Assembly: GCF_006345805.1 (NCBI RefSeq)
Contig: NW_021835988.1
Location: 372,001-436,000 of the forward strand
Direction of reading: 5' to 3'
Length of the DNA stretch: 64,000 nt
Origin: Octopus sinensis
Lineage: Eukaryota
Part shown: positions 12,133-24,448 of the stretch, piece by piece
Numbering within the stretch: position 1 is the first letter of the stretch
Layout of the letters: every line of letters begins with the position of its first letter
Program-made: the position numbers and the translations under genes
The notes under the pieces: generated by a model
What the model was told of the DNA's origin: nothing
The model's database searches: none
The model's input: only the letters and a program-made list of their open reading frames with translations

Positions 12133-13518
12133 TCTTTAAAGTATTTTATTGTTTCTTATTTATACTTTACAGGTTTAACCTGAGAATAAATAAAGTTAAA
12201 TTTTTTTAATTTTAAGGTTAAAAATTTTGGTTTATAGGTTAATAAATTAACTTTTTAAGGTTAAATTTTTCAATTTTTAAGGTATGAACTGGTTAAATTC
12301 GTATGTTTTTTTGAAGGCAAAGAATTAATATTAAATGGTATTCACTGTAGATAAATAAATCTTTTAAGGCCTATCAAATATAAATATGAGAAATGTTTTG
12401 CTAGCAATTAAAGATGCTTGGATGAATGTTACTAAAGAAACTTACATATACAAGACATGAGTACAACCGATTCTCACTTACGAGTTTGAGGGCTGGTATG
12501 ACACAGGTGAGAGGGTTTGTCTAATCAACAAACTCGAGAAAACGAGGCGCTACGCAATTAAGTTGCCTACGGTCTCGATCTCAACCTAGGTCGCGGGGGT
12601 AGTTTGCGACATATATACAATGCTCAGATATCGAGTTGTTATTTTTGCCCAAAAATACAACAAAATGGGAATAAATAATTGAGATTTTTGAAAATTATTA
12701 TTACTAGTTGAGTTGTTGTGCGTTCAAAATGATGAAAATAAATTTAAGAAAGGGCCAGGTACCAATTAAAATCTTAATAAACATGAAAATACGAAAAAAT
12801 AGGGTTTTGGAAAATATCCAAAAAGTATTAAATCGTTAGCATTAAAAAGATTAAATTATTGTCAAAATAAAACCAATTATATTACAGAATATCGAATACT
12901 ATAAGGAATTCTGTAAGTCAACAATATATTTAATCGATTTTAATACATACATTAACCATTAATATACAAGAATAAAAAGTGATAAATAAAAGTGATAAAG
13001 CACAACTACAAAAAAATAAAATTATTAAGAAAACAAAATTTGTTGAATCCACAACAAAAGCATTGTAAGTTGCAACGTGGTTATCTAATTACAATAAAAG
13101 TTATTTATAAACAAATAATTAAATATATAAATAATAAGTTTGGGAAATTTGTAAAAGTGTCGAACCCTCATTTGAATTCTTTCAATTTTTATCTGAACGT
13201 GTTAGTTAATGGTTAAGACGGTGATTTTGTTTGGCTTAAATAATAATAATCTCATTAAAATGAACAATCCGTTTTTAAAAAATATTTTTAAAAAATAAGA
13301 AAAGAACAAGCATTGAGGTGACCAAAAAGGAGACAGAAACAGAAACTTCTTACGTCAGCTTTAGTACTAAGGGAATCACGGAAAACGATTGATTATCTAC
13401 AGAACTGGAGGGCGAGTGACTGCGATCAGTCGACAACCATGCACGTGTGCTTTTTCGTAAAAGCAGGGACAGATTTTCATCAAGACCTATGACCATCTGG
13501 CTATTCCGACGAATTTTA

Positions 13519-14838
13519 TGTCACAGGCTGGATAATGCCCTGGGTTGGATAATACCCCCTTAAAATTTTTTTTAAAATCAAACGAAAATAACCTGATAAT
13601 TAATTAAAAATAACTTGATAATGGAATTAAGTCGATTTATTCAATTTTTTCTCAATTTTTTGATTGAAAGAATTTTTCAAAGAGTCGGCAAAAACCGGCA
13701 TCACCAATTTTTCCGAATCAATAACGTATTTTATTATAATTATACAATTTTTTAGGTCTACCATTTAAAAATAAATATTAAAAATTCATGAATTTTTATT
13801 ATATAAAAATTTTTTATAAGAGTCATATTTTTTTTATACGACTTTTGTGTACATATTTTGATGATTCGTCATTAAGATCTTTAAGTACGCACTGGTCTTT
13901 ATCAACCTCCGATATTTCATATATAGTGGAATCAATCTGATCGTATAGGGGGTATTTTCGGTTATTTGGATTCGCATCAATATCATGTCTCAGTAGGACA
14001 TTATCTCCTACTGCTAAATCTTCATCAAATTTCCATTTCCGCCTCCTTTTCATTTTTTCTCCGGCGAGAACATGGCTTTCATACACACTTTGTTGATTCA
14101 AACAATCGTCCTCGTTTTCCAAATAATCGGATCCAATTATCTCCGATTGACTTGATTCAACCGCTTCATTTCCATCAAATGACAACAACGCCGATCTAAT
14201 TTCCTTCGAGATTAAATGATTTCCTCGCATAAAAATTTCGAAAAGTGTCCTCTTGGTCGTTTCATGCTTCGACATGTTATATTTATAAACAATTTCTTGA
14301 TAGAAGTCTTTATAGCTTCCAAAAGACCCATTTGAGGCACTAGTTGAGCTAATCCACCTTTTGATCGATTGATTGAATCTAAAGATAAATTTACAAATAA
14401 CTTGCCTTTTTACTTGACCCTGAATCCATGGTGCTCTAGGGCGTCCACTTATATGTATGATTTTCAGATCATTACACATTGTTTCCATACATTTGTTCTT
14501 AAATTCTTTCCCATTATCCGTCTGTAGAATAAATGGGGGACCAATCATGTAAAAAATGTTCTCTAATTTTCTAGTAATTTCCTCCGCTGATTTCCGCCTG
14601 GCAAGTTTTACAACTGCGAATTTAGAAAATGAGTCTATAACCACAACCAACTACAATTTATACAAAAAAATACCCATCCATTATCGCTATTAAGGCTAGC
14701 ATACCTTCTTAAATCCACTAAATCTGCAATATAGAACATTAAAAAATCTAATCAAAATTAATTTGAAAAAATATTTATTTTTTTAAAATAATGTTGAGAG
14801 GGCATTATCCAACCCAGGGCATTATCCAGCCGGTGACA
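13519..14838 (-). mobile_element. Internally deleted Ginger-like element with intact TIRs
   Basis: TIR TGTCAC(A/C)GGCTGGATAATGCCCTGGGTTGGATAAT at both ends; 5 bp TSD TTTTA; rve core ORF 13823..14650 with introns 14651-14673 and 14379-14405. Confidence 0.88.
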
Positions 14839-15019
14839 TTTTATTTACGATTTTTTGAAGAAATTATAAGTCAATTTTTTTTAAATATTAATATACTAGA
14901 AAATATAAAAATACTAATCACAAATTAATTTAATTTTAAAAGAGATAAACGTTTAAAAAGCAACAAACATAGTCTTACGTAACACACTTTATTAACAAAA
15001 AACCAGAGATAAAATAGTT

Positions 15020-15350
15020 AACTAAACTAATCCGACGACCCGTCCGCATCTGAAGTCTGGAGACCAGCCTCTTCTGCTTCTGGTCGAAGGAATAGCTCTG
15101 TGAGAGCATTTTCCAGCCGACAATTCTGCCCATGTGGCATTAGGGGGCTGGATCTGCGTGCATCAACAGATGCACTCTCTAGAGTTCTCTTCAGGACAGT
15201 GGACTGCATATAGGCCTGAATGTACCTATCGACTCCCAACTGCCTGAGATAACCCTTGTGGTACTTAGATACAATTCCTTCCCATGTCATCACAAAAGGA
15301 ATGATAAGGACCTTGCATCTGTGCATCAGCCCAAGCTCGTTTGCAAGAAG
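15020..15350 (-). mobile_element. R2/R4-type RLE retrotransposon 3' fragment
   Basis: YDLLANELG.MHRCKVLIIPFVMTWEGIVSKY, homologous to the 9609..10571 ORF. Confidence 0.75.
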
Positions 15351-15769
15351 GTCATATTATATATTCTATAAGAAGGTCTATATATTTATAAACGAGATTA
15401 AATATTATAAATTTAGCTATGGTAAGGAATATGAATGTAATCATATTGGATTTATATTCATAATTGCCCAAGAATAATCAAATATTGGTGATAATTTAAT
15501 CACCTAAAGAATAGGAAATTAGTATTAGAACAGAGATAAGTAGATTACTAGTCCATTTATATAAGAATATTTTTTGGATGTAAAATCAACATTCTTGATT
15601 CAAAGAAAACTAAAAAATCTTTGTTTATTTGAATATTTTGATTTATGTTAGAAAATTTAATAATAAATTCATAAAATATTGAGTTTAGTTTTCAGGTAGA
15701 CTTGTTGAATGATTAATTTTTGAATTTTAAAAATCATTGTTTTATTTGATTTATAGTTTACTAGTACTC

Positions 15770-16343
15770 ACAAATGCCGGTGTGGGGCCACCGTCGATTG
15801 TTATGGACACCATGCTCTCTCTTGTCGAAGAAGTGCAGGACGATTTCCAAGACACAAGGCGATCAACGAAATTGTCAAGCGAGCCCTGGAGTCTGCAGGA
15901 TACCCGGCCGTACTTGAACCGGTCGGGCTTGACCGAGGAGATGGAAAACGTCCTGATTAGATCACAATTTTCCCATTTGAAGAGGGGAAACCCCTAGTCT
16001 AGGACGCAACCTGTGTGGACACTCACTGCCCGTCCAACATTGCCGGGAGCGCAGTGGACAGACTGTATGCCGCAAAAAAAACGATGAGGGCGAAGGAGAG
16101 AAAATATGAAGCGCTGCGGATCGATTCGTGTTCTGTCCGATTGTGGTCGAGACAACTGGAGGAATAAGTGGGAAATCGCTTCGCTTCCTAAAGAAGCTTG
16201 GACGCTTAGCCACATTAAAAAGCCACGATACACGTGAGACCCGGTGGCTTCTCCAGTTGATCTCCGTTCCTATCGTGAGAGGCAACGCAACGTCAATTAT
16301 GTTGGCGGGGTTCACTTCGGACCGGTTAAATTTTCTTAATTAA
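15770..16343 (+). mobile_element. CRE-clade 3' fragment (decayed)
   Basis: Remnants of [14 protein letters not shown] and WDATCVD, plus the VVETTGG tail. Confidence 0.8.
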
Positions 16344-19300
16344 TTCCATAAATTAACTTCTATATCTGTAATAAAAATGTTTATAGTAAAATTAATACTA
16401 TTCTCGATTTTCATAGTATTTAATTAGCAGCAGAGGATAAGATGGAATGGCAATTTCTTGTGAGATACGTTATTATAAGTGACCGGTTGAATACGAGCCC
16501 AGGTTGAATACGAGCCGTTAAAAAAATCGTCAATATTTTTTTAATGAAAAAATTAATCAATTAATTAATACCTTTATAATGATTTGTAATTTTAATAATT
16601 CTAAATTTTTCACAAATGTTTGTTTTCTTAACGGTTTACGTCAGATAGAATAGTAATAGATTTTTCCTCACGTTAGTTTTTTTTTGTTATGAAGGTTGTC
16701 CGTTTTAATCTGCTACAAAAGCAATAAATTATAACCTATCTGAAATATCAAATTATACCATCCAATTTGCTAAAGGAGAAGCGAAATTTTATAAGAACTA
16801 CATCCTTATTCAGATTAATAGACTCCCCGCCGGATCAATTATTTTTTTTCAAAACAAGTGGAATTCTTTTGCATGTGTTCGCTGTGGAAGAGGATGAACA
16901 GCAGAGGATATTTATTGAAAATGTTCACCTCAAAAATGGACATCATGGTCGTGATAGACTTCTTTCTCTTTTAAAGAATTTAGTCTATGGATCTTGCAGA
17001 GATGAAGTTATGCTTGTTCTCAGGTCTTGTCCACAATGTCTTGCAAGACGACTTATGAACACTCGACCAAGTATAACACCTATCAGAGCATATACAGTCA
17101 GAGAAAGGTAGTAGTTATCTACTCTAATATCAGATATATTTTTGATTTAGTTGATCTACGGCATTATTCAAATGCCAATGACAATTTTTGCTGGCTTTTG
17201 GTTGGGTTGGATTCTTTTTCTAAATTTTGTTGGACAAGACCTCTAAAGACTAAATCGGCCATGGAGGTGTCAAGTGCAATAAAAAGTATAATTCTGATGT
17301 TTGGAAAACCAACCATTTTGCACACAGACAATGACAAGGAATTCGTAAACGAAAAATGTTCGATTTATGCTCAACATATCGTATAAAACACGTCAGAGGG
17401 CGTCCTAGGTGTACATGGGTGCAGGGACAAGTAGAGCGGCTGAATCAGACATTGAAGTTCATGATTTCTTCTACGTGCTTTTCAAAGAATTTGAATTTCA
17501 GATGGATCGATATCATCGAAGAAATTACAAGTTCGTATAATTCTGTCCAGCATTCGACCACTTTACACGCTCCATTCGAATTGATGTTTGGAGCTTCTGC
17601 CGATGACACCGTTAATAATCACTACTCAGAAAACGAAATGAATGAAATATTCCACCAAATTGATTCGGGGAATAAAGAAACACAAAGTGAAGCAACTGAA
17701 TATCTTGCATGGTTTTGGTCATCGAATGAAACCACGAGAACGAAAGCAATTTCGAATTCAGACCATGCCGAAAGAAAAATGTTAGGAAAAAGAACCTGGA
17801 AGAATGATATTTCCATTTTTAACATCGGCGATCGAGTTGTCAGGAGGGTGTATCTTGACAATAATAAAAAAACACGGAAAATTGCCTTAAATGAGCACAT
17901 TGATACATCCACATATTATGTTAGAGGAGTATCTGCCACAGGAATTGTTGATCTCGAAGCAGAAGATGGTACTGTGATTCAAGAAAATAGCAGAGACTTA
18001 GCGAGGCTAGAATAGCTTAATCGAAATTTAATTCAATAAAATTTATATTTTCAAAAATAAAAATGATGTAGGGAATAATTTGACTAGTTTAAAGCAAACT
18101 TGTACACCAGTTTATGTACTAAGATTTTCTTACAAATTAATTTAAATAAGATTATTTAAGTGATAACAGGAACAAAGATCTTCTTAAATTATTTCCGAAT
18201 ATGATCAAGAAAAGTTGTTCAGCAATTTTTTTCTGTTTAATCAAAATTCAATCAATTCTTTTGTCAGATGGCTCGGATCGCTGATCTGTGTACATGAAGG
18301 ACACTCGCAAGACCCAATGGCTGTTTCAGCGTCTCTCATTGGGGGCTGCGTGGCCTCTTTCCTTCTCCTTTTTATACATACTTTCCGCCTATCAATGAAA
18401 TGTATATTATCAAAAATTAAAATGATGTAAATTATAATTTGCTAATGTTGTGAATAATTTGACTAATTTAAAGCAAACTTGGTTTAGATATAAAACTTCA
18501 TTTTTTAAAAGATTAAAGGTTCAATCATTAGTACGCGCTGTTAACCATTTTGTCAATTGGCTTTTTTTATCGGTATATTGACTATCGATTTTTTTAACGG
18601 CTCGTATTCAACCGTATCTCATTTTCGACCTGTCACATTATATAATAAAAAATGACGAAAAAAGCGCAAATTTAACATTTGGTCAAAGAATCGCAAGAAG
18701 TAGGCACCGAACAATTTCAAGGCTTTGACAAGAAAGATTTTGATTCATTTGGATTGGAATGATTCATCCAAGGACTGTTTTATCAAAGGAACTGGTATTT
18801 ATATATACCAGTCACTAAAGCAAAAAAGTAAAAGAATTGGTTTTTCACATATTTTACATTTGTTTTTGAATTATTTTCTAATGTAACATGATAAATCTGT
18901 ATAAAAATGTAACGTGAATCAATTAGGTTTTTTTTCAAATAAAATTACTTATTTAAAATTTAAAAAGCACTTTTGAAGGGTATGTTGGTTTTGTGAGCAA
19001 TGATAAAATCAGAAACAGCTTAAGAAATTATTTAAACATGGTCTAATTTATTATATAACTATTTTCAGGATAAAATAAAACGATTTATACAATTTTTTTC
19101 TGTGGTCCTTCCAAAAACCGGGTCCGCTCTAAAACCGTTGACATTTTATAAAGCTCTTCCATGTAAAAGCATGTAATGGGTAGGGCCATACGTGTCGCCC
19201 ACCCATATGAGCCGACCATGACATATTAAAGTAGTTTCTTTGAAAAATTATCGATTTTATCATCTAATTATCATCTAATTGACCAACAAAATTGAAAGAC

Positions 19301-22235
19301 CCAAAAATAGCCAATTTGAGAGGGTTGAGTGTATTAAAAAATCAGAATAATAGAATAGAATCAGAATAATAGAATAGGATCAGAATAATAGAATAGGATC
19401 AGAATAATAGAATAGGATCAGAATAATAGAATAGGATCAGAATAACAAAAAGATCAAAATAACAAAAAGATCAAAATAATAAAAAGATCAAAATAATAAA
19501 AAAATCAAAATAATAAAAAAATCAAAATAAACAATAGAATACTAGAGAGAAATAAATTTAAAAAAGTCTGTATGAATGCATGTTAATTAATTGATAAAAT
19601 GAATACAAATTCACTTGTAAAATATACTTTATGCAAGATATTTTACCAGTAATCAATTTAATTAATAGTCAAACAAATAAAAAAACAAAAAAATTATAAA
19701 ATAAAAACATAAAAGCACGAAAAAATAAAATAAGAATTAACTGCATACATGCACAACAAAAGAAAATAATATAACGTGCGTGATAATTTATTGTAGTTAA
19801 TTCGATAAATTAAAAACATTTAAAAAATAAAATAAATAACATTTAATGTCATCAATCAACGTTGGCCTGATCGAATCGAGTGAGTACAATAAAATAGACC
19901 TTGTTGTCAGAAGAGTACTCCGAAAGAATCACGTCCACGTTTTGGCAAGCAATAAAGAGAAGTTATACTTAATTATTATTATAACACATTCCGTTGGAAC
20001 ATGAACGAAGTTATAATCCCACACGTGTCCCAAGCGAAACAATCTTCTTGACCATCCTTGTCTATGCCCCTCTGTTGCGGGCGAGATCCCGCAAAGATTC
20101 TAGGTCGTCCCAGTTTTTGAAACTTTTGCCATGAAGTTTGAGATCCCTCCCCAGAACTGCCGGAAGAGTGGATCTAGGACCTAGATTTCTTTCCGGTAGT
20201 GAAATATCTGCTGAAGACATTTTATACCATGCACAGTTCGATGGCTATCACAAGGTGAAACAGCATGTCGTGTGTTCGATTTACGAAAAGAAATATCAAT
20301 CTTTTACTCATCAAAGCAAAAAGAGTGTCCTTTGGATAAAAAAATTTCTTAATTGACTTAGCATTTCTGGTTGATGTACTCACATATATTAATAATTTGA
20401 ATATATCTTTGCAAGGTAAAGACCAAACAAAAATCCTGGCCGTCGTTAGAATAACTTGTATAATACATTTCTTTTAATTAATTTTCCTTCTTTCTTATCT
20501 TTTGTCCATGAAATAATTATTTATTTTAATAATATGATGTCCCTGATGAACGAGAGCATTTCCTGTCTAAGAACTCATTCGGTTTCGATTACAATGGGCA
20601 ACCTATGCGCTCACTTTTAATAATTAAAAAAATTACTATATTAATATCGAAAAAATAATGCAGAAAATGTGCGGCCGTGGAAGAGAAGGAAAACAAAATG
20701 CTATGCGGCCGCAAACCCAAAAAGCTTGCGCACCCCTGATCTAGGTCTTCCACGATATTTGTCTCCATGTTCGGAGAAATAATCGTCCATTGCCCGATTG
20801 GCCGGAGCTCTGGGGTCCATTCGCAAAATATGGCCAAATAATTTCCACCGGCCTCCAACGATTTCTTGAGACAACGGCGTGGCATGGTAATGTTTATACA
20901 GAGATAGATTGTTAATTTTTGATGGCCAGTGTATTCCGTGTAAGAGACGTAGTTTTTTACGGTGAAAAGAGTCTATAGTCTTCAGTTCAGTGTCCGAGAT
21001 CCCCCATGTTGACGAGTTGTATAGTAGAACAGGCTTTACGAATGCATTATAAAGCCTTGATCTGAGAGCCCGATTTATCGGCCAAGCTTGGAGCCATTTT
21101 TTACGTATTCTGCTCAGAGCCGCGGTAGCAAGCATCTTTCTACGAGAAATGTCTTCACTATCTCAAAGTAGGGAGCCGAGTTTGTTGGCATTCCTCCATG
21201 TTTCGCCAATTCTGGTGTCCATTCGTTTTATCTCTGTCAATTCAGTTTTGGAAGTGTTAATTATCAGGAACCATCTGTTAAGCATCCGTCGAGAATTGTT
21301 TGAAAATGTCTATTGCACAATGTCTGATATAACACAAGCAAAACAATCATACGAACTATCTATTATGTCTTTCAATGTAAGAGGCCTTAAATCGACTTGG
21401 AAACAACATGTGAGGACATGAAGAAATACAGGATCTTGGTTGGATGTCTACAAGAAACCAAAGTGAAACTCGGGGATGAGCAAGTCTATGGGGACTATCG
21501 CCTTATTCTGCTGCCCTCTGAATGCGGACACTATGGCCAAGGCTTTGTGGCACACAAACACTTATCTACTTGTATTCATCGCTGCTGGAGAGTCATCGAT
21601 CGAATATCTGTACTACAAATAAGTACCGGACACAAATCCGGAATGCTTTCTATCATTAATGTTTATGCCCCTCAAAGTGGCAGGATTGCCAAGAATCTCG
21701 ACGAACTAGACTCCTTTTACGAGGAGCTAGCTAGGACACTCACAAGTCTGGAGGATTCGTACAGTCTATTCATCGCGGGAGATTGGAATGCCAAAGTTGG
21801 CATCCGCTCTGGGGACGAGCAGTTTATTGGCAGATATGGCCGTGGGCACTTTTCTGGCCCATTTCTGTGAGACCTTCTCACTATTTTTGTGTTACACGGC
21901 TTTCTGCCACGCTGCACGACATCGGACCACATGGACTGGAAGTAGAACAAATGGGGCTGGTGAACCTACATCAATCTACAACCAAATCGATTATATTCTT
22001 TGTCGACAGGCCGATAAGGCTGCCTTATTTGACTCCCGATCATATGGAGGATCTCGGGTTGACAGTGATCATAAAATGGTCGTTGGACGTTTCTGCATCA
22101 AGAAACGCCACGCGCCCCTCAACGCGCGAGGACGTCCATCTGGTACAAGGAAAAGATATCTCACGGAAAAACTGTTGTACTCCTCCCTCACTCGGGAAAA
22201 CTATCAAAAATCATTGGAGAGCTATATCTCTTGTA
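16078..22235 (+). repeat. Segmental duplication copy B
   Basis: Collinear with 1..5830; retains ~100 bp near 18030-18120 and ~215 bp near 21795-22010 that are absent from copy A. Confidence 0.93.
16478..18637 (+). pseudogene. Inactivated copy of the 401..2476 Ginger-like transposon
   Basis: Same TSD TTATA; left end TGT>AGT; premature TAA at codon 13; DNG>DND; 1 bp frameshift near 17355. Confidence 0.85.
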
Positions 22236-22504
22236 TAGGAACAGGTCTCTCCTCGAAGAACACATGGGATTCCATTATGAATGGTATCCATACGGCAGCT
22301 GACGAGCACATCGGCAAGCAACCAAATAATAATCAGTCTGGGAGATGCTGCCACCCAAATGTTCGGGCGATAATCGTTGAGCAAAAGGATCTAAAGCTCA
22401 GAATCGAAAACAAGAACGATCATAATAACAAACAGGCACTGAAGAGGGAACGTGCCAGAATACAACGACTCATTAAGAAACTAAACCGTCAGCACACTCT
22501 AGAC
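21330..22504 (+). mobile_element. RTE-type endonuclease region (decayed ORF)
   Basis: LQETK, INVYAPQ, IAGDWNAKVG, NQIDYIL and DSDHKMV motifs. Confidence 0.8.
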
Positions 22505-23382
22505 CAGAGGTTTCCAAATGGGGAGGCGCGCCTCCCTAGGGAGGCGTTGACTCGTGTCAAGGGAGGCGCGAAAAGTATTTCAGAAACATTTTTTAGAAAA
22601 TTATATTGAATAATGTCAAATTTGCCTATTTAGTTGACATTTTTGGGAAATTGAGTATATTGAATAAATCAATGCAGGGACCACAACTACATTTATTCTC
22701 TCAAAAGGACAAAATAAAAGCATTTATGAAAAAATTGGTATTATGGAAATCAAATATACAAAAAAATATCTATGACATGTTTCCACTTTTAAACACCTTT
22801 TGCGCCATAGTGAACATTGAAGCAAACAAAGACATATTTGCTGAACATTTGGATTGTTTGTTGAAGCATTTTGCTCACTATTTTAAAGATCTCGACTGTA
22901 AAATGTTCGAATGGATACAGAATCCATTTATTGATGAAGAAGATAATCAATTTGCATTGACAACTTTTGAAAAAGAAATTGATAGAATTGTCATGCGATA
23001 CATTATTGAAACAAAAATTTGAGAGAGAACCGCTAATTTCTTTTTGGTTGAATGTAAGAACGGAATATGAAATTTTGTCGAATAAAGCAATGAAAGTTTC
23101 TAGAGTCTAGACACTCTGGAAACCCTCCTAAACGAAATATAAGTAAAATTATTCTGAACAAACAAGATCAGAAATCTCACTAAATTACTATTAAATTTTC
23201 TGTTATTTTCATAATGTTCATGTTATTTTTATAATAAATATTCGAACATGTCTAAACCTGGCCCTGACGAGGCCAAAAATTGTGCGCTAATACCAAAAAA
23301 TGTTTATTTTATTTAAGGTGGTCCCCACAAAATTTTATAGTGCAAAAGTGATCCCCAGTCTAAAAAAGGTTGAGAACCGCTG
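22505..23382 (+). mobile_element. hAT remnants (left TIR CAGAGGTTTCCAAA, transposase fragment, unrelated right TIR)
   Basis: AYLVDIFGKLSILNKSMQG motif; GGTTGAGAACCGCTG end at 23382. Confidence 0.7.
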
Positions 23383-23587
23383 ATTTAGTTTGTTGTCGTT
23401 TTTATGTTTTTCTATATTGGTTTATTTCAATTGATTATGAAGGAATAATTCTTATGAACTTTAATTTTGTCATTATACAGTTTTAAATTTCATCGTTTTA
23501 TATTTTATTTCGATTTATTCCTTTCAAGTCAATTTCTATTAAAATTTTTTAATATTTGCCCCTTTATACTTTCTTAAGGATGGTGAA

Positions 23588-23840
23588 ATGCCAGATGAAG
23601 TGATTCAGAATCAGAATGAGTCAAATTTTAGGAGAACGGCATCGTTATTTAGATTGTCGGACTCCAAAAATTACATTTTTTACTTCAAAACTTCGGGAAT
23701 CTTACTACGTACCTTTGCTCTCAAGGAAGTAGAAGAAAAGAAACTTTTTATTGAAAATCTCTATTTAAAAAATGGACATCCAGGTCGAGACAAGCTGCTT
23801 TTTCTCCTTAAAGATACTGTCTATGGGTCTTGTCGGAATT
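23588..23840 (+). mobile_element. Diverged N-terminal fragment of the 616-type Ginger transposase
   Basis: NFRRTASLFRL...KNGHPGRDKLL matches the 616..1038 ORF. Confidence 0.75.
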
Positions 23841-24448
23841 CCTATTCGCAGATTTGGATTCATCCAAGATGGATTAAAAAGATGACGTCGATCATCAGAC
23901 ACACAAGAATAAATGTATTTTTTATTTTAGATACGTACAAACGGGCACTCTCTTCGAAAAGTGCTTGCACTGATCATCATGAACTGAATAAAAGAGACTG
24001 TCGACAAATACCTCTCTGCCAGGAGAAGTTTAATTAATTAAAAATAATAGAAGATCAAAATATTAGAAAAAATCAGAATAGTAGAAAAGATCCGAATATT
24101 ATAAAAAAAATCAGAATAAACAATAAAATGTTAGAAAGAAATAAATTTAAAAAAGTCTGTATAAATGCATATTAATTAATTGATAAAATGAATACAAATT
24201 CACTCGCAAAATATACTTTATACAAGATATTTTACCAGTAATCAATTTAATTAATAGTCAAACAAATAAAAAAACGAAAATATTGTAAAAATTAAACATA
24301 AAAGCAAGAAAGAATAAAATAAGAATTAACTGCAAACATGCACAACAAAAGAAAATAATATAACGTGCGTAATAATTTATCGTAGTTAATTCATAAATTA
24401 AAAAAAATTTAAAAATAAAAAAAATAAAATAAATAACATTTAATGTCA

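Noticed and set aside
1-22235. The duplication as LTRs of a giant element
   Set aside because: The repeats are mosaics of unrelated TEs, with no LTR termini or PBS and no matching internal genes
6428-23382. Composite 17 kb hAT between matching TIRs
   Set aside because: Flanks CTATACAC and ATTTAGTT do not form a TSD, and TIRs of this type are abundant
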